64,000 bases of DNA from Bilabrum cf. latius (taxonomy: Eukaryota): contig OZ237748.1 of NCBI GenBank assembly GCA_965178125.1, positions 434,001 through 498,000 on the forward strand, in the 5' to 3' direction. The translations under genes and the position numbers were made by a program. Positions 13,001 to 23,940 of the stretch are shown here, piece by piece. The notes beneath the pieces are model-generated. The model did not search any database, was not told the origin of the DNA, and saw nothing but the letters and a program-made list of their open reading frames with translations. The first letter of the stretch is position 1. Every line of letters starts with the position of its first letter.

Positions 13001-16000
13001 ACGTGATATAAATAATTCCATGCTGGATAGTGTTTGCTTGGTGGACTGTGCGGCTATTGTAGTCGCTGCCGGGACTGTTGTTCTTGGCTGTCTCAAGCGG
13101 CACGCGGCAGGAGGTTGCTCACCTCGACTCTAGGTCGGGCTGTTCACACCTGTTGCACGGATTGCATGTTTGTTTTGCATTTGCTTGGAGTTGCAGGTAC
13201 ACTTGATGTGTTCTGCTCTCTCCATGTGTCCAAGCATCTTCGCTTGTGGCGCTGGGGAGATTTCCAGCCAAGACTGGCGTTGCCACCTCTGCGGTGCCTT
13301 CGCTGTCTTGATGCACATTTTGCATGACGTGATATAAATAATTCCATGCTGGATAGTGTTTGCTTGGTGGACTGTGCGGCTATTGTAGTCGCTGCCGGGA
13401 CTGTTGTTCTTGGCTGTCTCAAGCGGCACGCGGCAGGAGGTTGCTCACCTCGACTCTAGGTCGGGCTGTTCACACCTGTTGCACGGATTGCTTGATTGTT
13501 TTGCATTTGCTTGGAGTTGCAGGTACACTTGATGTGTTCTGCTCTCTCCATGTGCTCAAGCATCTTCGCTTGTGGCGCTGGGGAGATTTCCAGCCAAGAC
13601 TGGCGTTGCCACCTCTGCGGTGCCTTCGCTGTCTTGATGCACAATTTGCATGACGTGATATAAATAATTCCATGCTGGATAGTGTTTGCTTGGTGGACTG
13701 TGCGGCTATTGTAGTCGCTGCCGGGACTGTTGTTCTTGGCTGTCTCAAGCGGCACGCGGCGGGAGGTTGCTCACCTCGACTCTAGGTCGGGCTGTTCACA
13801 CATGTTGCACGGAATATTCCATGCTGGATAGTGCTTGCTACTTTGGACGGGCAGTCGTGCTTGTTGTCGTCTCGACAAACTTAGCGCCCTGCCCACCGGA
13901 CATTTCGTTTCGGGTTTTGCCATGCAAGTAGCAGCATGCAGCAGGAGCGCGATCACCTCGACTCCAGGTCGGGCTGTTCACACCTGTTGCACGGATTGCT
14001 TGATTGTTTTGCATTTGCTTGGAGTTGCAGGTACACTTGATGTGTTCTGCTCTCTCCATGTGCTCAAGCATCTTCGCTTGTGGCGCTGGGGAGATTTCCA
14101 GCCAAGACTGGCGTTGCCACCTCTGCGGTGCCTTCGCTGTCTTGATGCACGATTTGCATGACGTGATATAAATAATTCCATGCTGGATAGTGCTTGCTAC
14201 TTTGGCCGGGCAGTTGTGCTTGTTGTCGTCTCGACAAACTTAGCGCCCTGCCCACCGGACATTTCGTTTCGGGTTTTGCCATGCAAGTAGCAGCATGCAG
14301 CAGGAGCGCGATCACCTCGACTCCAGGTCGGGCTGTTCACACCTGTTGCACGGATTGCATGATTGTTTTGCATTTGCTTGGAGTTGCCGGTGCACTTGAT
14401 GTGTTCTGCTCTCTCCATGTGTTCAGGCACCTTCGCTTGAGCTCTGGGGAGATTTCAAGCCAAGTCTAGCGTTGCACCCACTCCGGTGCCTTCGCTGTCT
14501 TGATGCACATTTTGCATGACGTGATATAAATAATTCCATGCTGGATAGTGTTTGCAAGGTGGACTGTGCGGCTATTGTAGTCGCTGCCGGGACTGTTGTT
14601 CTTGGCTGTCTCAAGCGGCACGCGGCAGGAGGTTGATCACCTCGACTCTAGGTCGGGCTGTTCACACCTGTTGCACGGATTGCATGATTGTTTTGCATTT
14701 GCTTGGAGTTGCAGGTACACTTGATGTGTTCTGCTCTCTCCATGTGCTCAAGCATCTTCGCTTGTGGCGCTGGGGAGATTTCCAGCCAAGACTGGCGTTG
14801 CCACCTCTGCGGTGCCTTCGCTATCTTGATGCACATTTTGCATGACGTGATATAAATAATTCCATGCTGGATAGTGTTTGCTTGGTGGACTGTGCGGCTA
14901 TTGTAGTCGCTGCCGGGACTGTTGTTCTTGGCTGTCTCAAGCGGCACGCGGCAGGAGGTTGATCACCTCGACTCTAGGTCGGGCTGTTCACACCTGTTGC
15001 ACGGATTGCATGATTGTTTTACATTTGCTTGGAGTTGCAGGTACTCTTGATGTGTTCTGCTCTCTCCATGTGTCCAAGCATCTTCGCTTGTGGCGCTGGG
15101 GAGATTTCCAGCCAAGACTGGCGTTGCCACCTCTGCGGTGCCTTCGCTGTCTTGATGCACAATTTGCATGACGTGATATAAATAATTCCATGCTGGATAG
15201 TGTTTGCTGGGTGGACTTTAGGGCGGCTATCGTCGTCGCTGCCAGCACCTTGTCATCGTACTTTCGTCACAATGTTAAAAGTACTCACTACAAGCTAAAT
15301 CAGAGCATATCTGTGGTCGCGACGTCACGGTCGCGACGTCACTGACTCAGGTCGACATGGTTGATCCCGAATTCGTTGGGGCTGTTGAGTTTTGCCTATG
15401 CTCATTCCCCGATACTGCCGCTAAATTATCATCATCTCTGGTGAAGCGGATGAAGAAGCATCGCTCAAAAGATCCTCGTGGCAGCGCCGTCTTCGGTGTG
15501 CTTCGGCACTTGCTCTTGTCCGCTATGGCTCAGTTGGCCTGGCCATGATCGCATTTGCCCGAGCTGATCCCTGCCCACGTCTGGGCTACGGAGATGTAGT
15601 TGCTCATGGCAGCGCCGTCCGTGGTGTGCTTAACCGCTTCCTCTTGTGCGCCATCGCTGACTTGGCCCGAAAATATTCGCAATTGCCCGAGCTAATTCCT
15701 GCCCACGTAGGGGCTTCGAAGTTGCAGTTGCTCGTGGAAGCGCCGTCCGTGGTGTACTAAACCACTTGCTCTAGGCTGCCGTCGCTCAGTTGGCCTGGCC
15801 ATGGTCGCATTTGCCCGATCTGATCCCTGCCCACGAAGGGGCTTCGGAGATGCAGTTGCTCGTGGCAGCGCCGTCCGGGGTTTGCTTAACCGCTTCCTCT
15901 TGTCCGCCATCGCTGACTTGGCCCGAAAATATTCGCAATTGCCCGAGCTGATCCCTGCCCACGTAGGGGCTTCAGATAATTTGCTCGTGGCAGCGATGTC

Positions 16001-19000
16001 TTCGGTGTGCTTCGGCACTTGCTCTGCGCCACCCTCTGTGATTTGGCCCGGTCGTGCTCGCACTTGCTAGAGCTGCTCCACGCCCGCATATGGGCTTCGC
16101 AGCAGTTGCCCACGGTAGCGCCGTTCGTGGTGTGCTTCGGCACTTGCTCTGGGCCGCCCTCTGTGAGTTGGCCCGGTCGTGCTCGCACTTGCTCTAGCTG
16201 CTCTTCGCCCGCATATGGGCTTCGCAGTAGTTACTCACGGCAGCGCCGTCCGTGGTGTGCTTCGGCTCTTGCTCTGTGCCGCCATCGCTGACTTGGCCTG
16301 GGCATGGTCGCATTTGCCCGAGCTGATCCCTGCCCACGTCTGGGCTTCAAATATACATTTGCTCGTGGCAGCGCCGTCCGTGGTGTGCTTCGGCACTTGC
16401 TCTGCGCCACCCTCTGTGAGTTGGCCCGGTCGTGCTCGCACTTGCTAGAGCTGCTCCACGCCCGCATATGGGCTTCGCAGCAGTTGCCCACGGTAGCGCC
16501 GTTCGTGGTGTGCTTCGGCACTTGCTCTGGGCCGCCCTCTGTGAGTTGGCCCGGTCGTGCTCGCACTTGCTCTAGCTGCTCTTCGCCCGCATATGGGCTT
16601 CGCAGTAGTTACTCACGGCAGCGCCGTCCGTGGTGTGCTTCGGCTCTTGCTCTGTGCCGCCATCGCTGACTTGGCCTGGGCATGGTCGCATTTGCCCGAG
16701 CTGATCCCTGCCCACGTCTGGGCTTCAAATATACATTTGCTCGTGGCAGCGATGTCTTCGGTGTGCTTCGGCACTTGCTCTGGGCCGCCCTCTGTGAGTT
16801 GGCCCGGTCGTGCTCGCACTTGCTAGAGCTGCTCCACGCCCGCATATGGGCTTCGCAGCAGTTGCCCACGGTAGCGCCGTTCGTGGTGTGCTTCGGCACT
16901 TGCTCTGGGCCGCCCTCTGTGAGTTGGCCCGGTCGTGCTCGCACTTGCTCGAGCTGCTCCACGCCCGCATATGGGCTTCGCAGTAGTTGCTCACGGCAGC
17001 CCCGTCCGTGGTGTGCTTCGGCTCTTGCTCTGGGCCGCCCTCTGTGAGTTGGCCCGGTCGTGCTCGCACTTGCTAGAGCTGCTCCACGCCCGCATATGGG
17101 CTTCGCAGTAGTTGCTCACGGCAGCGCCGTCAATGGTATGCTTCGGCTCTTGCTCTGCGCCACCCTCTGTGAGTTGGCCCTGTCGTGCTCGCACTTGCTA
17201 GAGCTGCTCCTCGCCCGCATATGGGCTTCGCAGTAGTTGCTCACGGCAGCGCCGTCCGTGGTGTGCTTCGGCTCTTGCTCTGGGCCGCCATCGCTGACTT
17301 GGCCTGGGCATGGTCGCATTTGCCCGAGCTGATCCCTGCCCACGTCTGGGCTTCGGATATACATTTGCTCGTGGCAGCGATGTCTTCGGTGTGCTTCGGC
17401 TCTTGCTCTGGGCCGCCCTCTGTGAGTTGGCCCGGTCGTGCTCGCACTTGCTAGAGCTGCTCCACGCCCGCATATGGGCTTCGCAGTAGTTGCTCACGGC
17501 AGCGCCGTCCGTGGTGTGCTTCGGCTCTTGCTCTGCGCCACCCTCTGTGAGTTGGCCCGGTCGTGCTCGCACTTGCTAGAGCTGCTCCTCGCCCGCATAT
17601 GGGCTTCGCAGTAGTTGCTCACGGCAGCGCCGTCCGTGGTGTGCTTCGGCTCTTGCTCTGGGCCGCCATCGCTGACTTGGCCTGGACATGGTCGCATTCG
17701 CCCGAGCTGCTCCCTGCCCACGTAGGGGCTTCGAATTTGCAGTTGCTCACGGCAGCGCCGTCCGTGGTGTGCTTCGGCACTTGCTCTGGGCCGCCCTCTG
17801 TGAGTTGGCCCGGTCGTGCTCGCACTTGCTAGAGCTGCTCCTCGCCCGCATATGGGCTTCGCAGTAGTTGCTCACGGCAGCGCCGTCCGTGGTGTGCTTC
17901 GGCTCTTGCTCTGGGCCGCCATCGCTGACTTGGCCTGGACATGGTCGCATTCGCCCGAGCTAATTCCTGCCCACGTAGGGGCTTCGAATTTGCAGTTGCT
18001 CACGGCAGCGCCGTTCGTGGTGTGCTTCGGCACTTGCTCTGGGCCGCCCTCTGTAAGTTGGCCCGGTCGTGCTCGCACTTGCTCGAGCTGCTCCACGCCC
18101 GCATATGGGCTTCGCAGTAGTTGCTCACGGCAGCGCCGTCCGGTGTGTGCTTCGGCACTTGCTCTGGGCCGCCCTCTGTGAGTTGGCCCGGTCGTGCTCG
18201 CACTTGCTCTAGCTGCTCCACGCCCGCATATGGGCTTCGCAGTAGTTGCTCAAGGCAGCGCCGTCCGTGGTGTGCTTCGGCTCTTGCTCTGGGCCGCCCT
18301 CTGTGAGTTAGCTCTACCGTTCTCGCATCTGCCCGAGCTGATCCCTGCCCACGTCTGGGCTTCGGATATACATTTGCTCGTGGCAGCGATGTCTTCGGTG
18401 CGCTTCGGCACTTGCTCTGCGCCACCCTCTGTGAGTTGGCCCGGTCGTGCTCGCACTTGCTCTAGCTGCTCCACGCCCGCATTTGGGCTTCGCAGCAGTT
18501 GCCCACGGTAGCGCCGTTCGTGGTGTGCTTCGGCACTTGCTCTGGGCCGCCCTCTGTGAGTTGGCCCGGTCGTGCTCGCACTTGCTCTAGCTGCTCCTCG
18601 CCCGCATATGGGCTTTACAGCAGTTGCTCGTGGCAGCGCCGTCCGTGGTGTGCTTCGGCACTTGCTCTGAGCGTGCTTCGGCTCTTGTTCTGGGCCGCCC
18701 TCTGTGAGTTGGCTCTACCGTTCTCGCATTTGCCCGAGTTGATCCCTGCCCACGTCTGGGCTTCGGATATACATTTGCTCGTGGCAGCGATGTCTTCGGT
18801 GCGCTTCGGCACTTGCTCTGCGCCACCCTCTGTGAGTTGGCCCGGTCGTGCTCGCACTTGCTCTAGCTGCTCCTCGCCCGCATATGGGCTTCGCAGTAGT
18901 TGCTCACGGCAGCGCCGTCCGTGGTGTGCTTCGGCTCTTGCTCTGGGCCGCCATCGCTGACTTGGCCTGGACATGGTCGCATTCGCCCGAGCTAGTCCCT

Positions 19001-22000
19001 GCCCACGTAGGGGCTTCGAATTTGCAGTTGCTCGTGGCAGCGATGTCTTCGGTGTGCTTCGGCTCTTGCTCTGGGCCGCCCTCTGTGAGTTGGCGCTACC
19101 GTGCTCGCATCTGCCCGAGCTAGTCCCTGCCCGCATATGGGCTTCGGATATACAGTTGCTCGTGGCAGCTATGTCTTCGGTTCGCTCCGGCACTTGCTCT
19201 GGGCCGCCCTCTGTGAGTTGGCCCGGTCGTGCTCGCACTTGCTCTAGCTGCTCCTCGCCCGCATATGGGCTTCGCAGTAGTTGCTCACGGCAGCGCCGTC
19301 CGTGGTGTGCTTCGGCTCTTGCTCTGGGCCGCCATCGCTGACTTGGCCTGGACATGGTCGCATTCGCCCGAGCTAGTCCCTGCCCACGTCTGGGCTTCGG
19401 ATATACATTTGCTCGTGGCAGCGATGTCTTTGGTGCGCTTCGGCACTTGCTCTGCGCCACCCTCTGTGAGTTGGCCCGGTCGTGCTCGCACTTGCTCTAG
19501 CTGCTCCTCGCCCGCATATGGGCTTCGCAGTAGTTGCTCACGGCAGCGCCGTCCGTGGTGTGCTTCGGCTCTTGCTCTGGGCCGCCATCGCTGACTTGGC
19601 CTGGACATGGTCGCATTCGCCCGAGCTAGTCCCTGCCCACGTAGGGGCTTCGAATTTGCAGTTGCTCCTGGCAGCGATGTCTTCGGTGTGCTTCGGCACT
19701 TGCTCTGGGCCGCCCTCTGTGAGTTGGCCCGGTCGTGCTCGCACTTGCTCTAGCTGCTCCTCGCCCGCATATGGGCTTCGCAGCAGTTGCTCACGGCAGC
19801 GCCGTCCGTGGTGTGCTTCGGCTCTTGCTCTGGGCCGCCCTCTGTGAGTTGGCTCTACCGTGCTCGCATCTGCCCGAGCTAGTCCCTGCGCGCATATGGG
19901 CTCCGTATATACATTTGCTCGTGGCAGCGACGTTCGTAGTGTGCTTCGGCACTTGCTCTGGGCCGCCCTCTGTGAGTTGGCCCGGTCGTGCTCGCATCTG
20001 CCCGAGCTGCTCCACGCCCGCATAATAGCTTCGCAGCAGTTGCTCACGGCAGCGCCGTCCGTGGTGTGCTTCGGCTCTTGCTCTGGGTCGCCCTCTGTGA
20101 GTTGGCTCTACCGTGGTCGCATCTGCCCGAGCTAATTCCTGCCCACGTATCGGCTTCGGATATACAGTTGCTCGTGGCGGCAATGTCTCCGTGTTGTGCT
20201 TCGGCACTTGATTTGGGCCGCCCTCCGTTTGTTGGCCCGGTCGTGCTCGCACTTGCTCAAACTGCTCCACGCCCGCATACTAGCTTCGCAGTAGTTGCTC
20301 GTGGCAGCGACGTCGTGGTGTGCCTCGCCACGTGCCCTGGTCCGCCATCGCTCAGTTGGTCTGAACAAAGTCGTATTAGCCCGAGCTGCTCCCTGCCAAC
20401 GAATGTGTTTCGGATATACATTTGCTCGTGGCAGCAATGCCTCCGTGGTGTGCTTCGGCTCTTGCTTTGGGCCGCCATCGCTCAGTTGGCCTGGGCATGA
20501 TCGCATCTGCCCGAGCTGATCCCTGCCCACGAAGTGGCTTCGGATGTACATTTGCTCGTGGCAGCGATGTCCGTGTTGTGCTTCGGCACTTGCTCTGGTC
20601 CGCCATCGCTCCGTTGGCCCGGTCGTGCGCGCACTTGCTCTAGCTGCTCCACGCCCGCATCTGGGCTTCGGATATGCAGTTGCTCGTGGTAGCGCCGTTC
20701 GTGGTGTGCTTCGCCACGTGCCCTGGTCCGCCATCGCTCAATGGGCCTGGACATAGTCGCATTAGCCCGAGCTGCTCCACGCCCACGAATGGGCTTCTGA
20801 TTAGTAGTTGCTCGTGGCAGCGACGTCCGTGGTACTATTTGCCACTTACGCGGGGCCGCCATCGTGTTGTTGGCCCTGGCATTGTGGCATTGGTCCAGAT
20901 CTGCAATAGGCGTTGACCATCTGGTCCTTGTTATTCTGGGAGTTTGGTTGGTTAATGTCTATAGTTTAATGGGCATTTCGTAGTAATTCAGGTTTTGCAA
21001 TAGTCGTTGCCATCCTAGACGATTGTGGGAGTTTCATTTTGGGAGTTTGACTGAGGAGTTCGTCTGGGTTTGAGTGCAATCGTTTTGGATGGAGGGAAGA
21101 AGTAGCATTTGGGAATACAGCTTGGGATTTCGTGACACACCTTTGCATCGGTTTACCTACCAATGCATTGAGTGGCCGTGCACAGCACTGGGAGTTCACT
21201 TTGATACCTGACCATACACGCGCTTTCGACGTGGCATTACATACGGCAAAGGGCAATACCACGTCAGTGCAATACCCCGCATGTGGGTAACGGCGGGGCA
21301 AGCACTGACTGGCAGTGAATCGATACAGGGCTGTTGCTCCGCGCTGTTAGCGGTTGTAACCGCTTCGCCAAGACAATCCAAGTCTTGGCAGAGCCGTGAG
21401 GCATGGTGACTCGGCAGCCCATACCAGGGCTGCCCGACCACTAGCACATGACCTGGAGATAGAGCCAGGTCGGTCACTAGACACACGCGTGTCTACAAAG
21501 GTGGCAATACGCCACCGCCCTGAGAGCCAAGCATCGTAGCGAGGACTGTAGACCATGACGAAACAATCTCGCAGTGATAGATCCCGTCAGTTGTGTGCCG
21601 TAGGTACGGAGGCACGTTACGAAGTGATTTAGATCGGAGAGATTGTGTAGTATTGGTCGCAAGTCCGAGCGCAGATGTGAGGCTCTCACTTGTTCGGAAT
21701 TTCGGTGGCACCTGTGTTCTACAGCTGTGCCCCGATATTCTCAGTAATAATTGTCACTATGTGGCAATACACACTGGGAAGACAGGCAGGGGCAACTCCA
21801 GAGGAGGTGATTCCCGCTGCTTGTTGTTTTGAACCCACCCACCATCCCCGCAGTTACTACCACTGCCGCGCCACTGCAGCAGTGCCTACTATCGCATCCC
21901 ATCGCCAGTCTTTTCATTTGTAACTCATCACATTTTTCCCGCCCACCTTCCCCCTTGGGCAAGCACTGACTGGCAGTGAATCGATACAGGGCTGTTGCTC

Positions 22001-23471
22001 CGCGCTGTTAGCGGTTGTAACCGCTTCGCCAAGACAATCCAAGTCTTGGCAGAGCCGTGAGGCATGGTGACTCGGCAGCCCATACCAGGGCTGCCCGACC
22101 ACTAGCACATGACCTGGAGATAGAGCCAGGTCGGTCACTAGACACACGCGTGTCTACAAAGGTGGCAATACGCCACCGCCCTGAGAGCCAAGCATCGTAG
22201 CGAGGACTGTAGACCATGACGAAACAATCTCGCAGTGATAGATCCCGGGCCCCTGCCGCACCAGGCCGCGAACATCGGTGGAATATGTGTTGCATGGATT
22301 CAAGCTCTCGAAGATCGGTCAGCCGGTTAATTGTCTGAGATAATCCATGTTGGCTCATGACCTTTCAGAACCCTTCGATTCATCCGCAGATTGGAAACAC
22401 TCCCCTTCACTTGTCAGCGTGGAATGGCCACACCGCCTGCGCCATCATGCTCATGGAGGCAGGGGCCCGCAGGGACATTAAGAACAATGTGAGCTTGCAC
22501 AGCTGCACCGAAACAGCTTTAGATTCCAAAATGTCCATCATGCTGCCCAAGGGATCAAAGGACACTCCCACCCACGAATCCATCCCACGTGCATCTTTGT
22601 CACCGCGACCCCTCCTCTCTCCCTTTCGCTTTCTTTGATCAAGCAGAGAGGCTAGACTCCTGCTGAGGTGGCAGACTCAAGGGACAAACCAGAGGTAGCT
22701 GACGCTATCCGATCGTTCATTCTGCTGGGGCACCGTATCAAGAGTATCCAATGCTGGAGGCGGGCAGTGGAAGCCAAGAGGGATGCATCGATGGTGTTCC
22801 GGGCAGCGAGCACTGGCAGGCCCATGGAGCTAGAAAAGAGGCTGAGGCTGGGCAAGATGGCGGGCAGTATGAGAGCAACAGTGGTAATACCAAATGGAAT
22901 TTTCCCCATGTTGCTCCCAATCGAGGCAGCCTTTATGAATGGGCACGATGAGTGCGTGCAGATCCTCACAGAGCACGGATCTCCGCCCCTGAGTGCAGCC
23001 TTCAAGCGGTTCTGGTTTGGGAGGCTGGTCTTTGAGTATGCGAGGGACGGCCGATCCGAGGATCTTAGTCAAGTCTTGTTTATTCAAGGTGTGCCAACTA
23101 GTGCGCTTTCAACTCGAAACAAGCTTTGTACTGGCTAGTACGTGTTGCCCATCGAGGCAGCTGCCCTCATGGGCCACGAAGAGTGCGTGGATGCTCTGCT
23201 GGCTGCTGGCGCGCCTGACATCGGGCCTGGCTACAACCAGCTCCTCGAGCAGTTCATGAGGTTGAATGCAGCCAGGTCCAAGGAAGCGATCAAAGGGAAC
23301 TAGGGCGAGGGGGAAAGCTCTACCAGTGGGGCGGCGACTGGTGCGCGTTCGTTTATGGCATCGGCGGCGCAGGAACCGCTGTCCGACGGGTGGGAAGAGG
23401 GGTCCATGGGGGGCCGTGTGATGTACGTGCATCCCGCATCGGGGAGGATGCAGTTCGATCGACCCATGTGA
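7041..23471 (+). CDS. Ankyrin-repeat gene, copy C, with an extended C-terminus ending in a WW-like domain; exons 7041-7042, 7234-7512 (interrupted 7302-7486), 7889-7987, 8970-9068, 10646-10744, 22390-22488, 22647-23471; probably disrupted
   Basis: Same exon series, with exon 4 duplicated. A 10.4-kb element lies in the intron before exon 5. The last exon reads through three TAGs to ...EPLSDGWEEGSMGGRVMYVHPASGRMQFDRPM-TGA (23469-23471). The 185-bp insertion in exon 2 shifts the frame. Confidence 0.8.
7302..7486 (-). mobile_element. 185-bp internally deleted Ngaro-family remnant inserted in an ankyrin exon
   Basis: Carries both family termini (+ strand GATCTATCA...CACAACTGACGG). Removing it restores CTGGATTCGG|GAACGGACATC exactly as in copies B and E. 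No target-site duplication. Confidence 0.9.
12139..15243. repeat. Tandem array, 326-bp unit, about 10 units including two variant units
   Basis: CACCTCGACTCTAGGTCGGG recurs at 12142, 12468, 12794, 13120, 13446, 13772, 14638 and 14964 (TCCAGG variants near 13954 and 14313). An alternative segment is present at about 13833-13950 and 14192-14310. Confidence 0.95.
15478..20880. repeat. Tandem array of 125/128-bp monomers (about 43) with local 253- and 378-bp higher-order periodicity
   Basis: GGCAGCGCCGTCCGTGGTGTGCTTCGGC recurs throughout. ORF-track duplicates are offset by 378 (16179/16557, 16304/16682) and 253 (19229/19482/19735). Edge monomers are more diverged. Confidence 0.93.
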
Positions 23472-23940
23472 GGGCATGGATCGAGCTGGGGCTTCTGAGA
23501 ATCTGATCGGGGTAGGTGGTTGGATGTGTCAGCTGAATTTGTAGTTGAACTGGGCCTGGGGCTTGCCTTGGAATGATAGCTCGGGCTACTGCTTGCTCGC
23601 TGTGATTGATTGTACAAAGATGAATCAAATCAGATCTGATACAAATGGATCAAGTTGACTGACTGCATCATGCTTGGTGCATCGCCCAATATTTGTTGTC
23701 AAAGCAAACATGTGCAGACAACACCCTTAAAATATGATGGCTACCATACTAATATAGTAATCAAACTAAGTGACACAATAAAAACGACAATTTCACTCAC
23801 ATGGACTGCGCCAGAGGCCCAGACGTGATCCGGGCGCCTCGCTGGCGCTGCGCGGCGCCAAAATAAGTTCCGCTCACACGTGGTCGGCAGCTGCTACCGC
23901 CACTTGGAAGGCACTAGTCCGATTTTTCTATCAGTTTAAG

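Larger units (their letters stand above)
11871..22244 (+). mobile_element. Non-autonomous Ngaro-type (tyrosine recombinase) retroelement with split direct repeats, filled with satellite DNA
   Basis: A1 11871-12121, B1 21296-21583, A2 21584-21834, spacer 21835-21956, B2 21957-22244 (A1...B1-A2-B2 layout). The flanks rejoin as cggatcgatt|ccgggcccctgccgcacc, matching the intron sequence in copies A and B. No TSD. Confidence 0.9.

Noticed and set aside
12139-20880. CRISPR-like array, or the many repeated ORFs in the track
   Set aside because: No unique spacers and no cas genes; eukaryotic context. Unit lengths are not multiples of 3 and frames hit TGA/TAA regularly.
11871-22244. LTR retrotransposon or DIRS with inverted termini
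   Set aside because: Repeats are split direct A...B-A-B, lack TG..CA ends and TSD, and the sister copy encodes a tyrosine recombinase.
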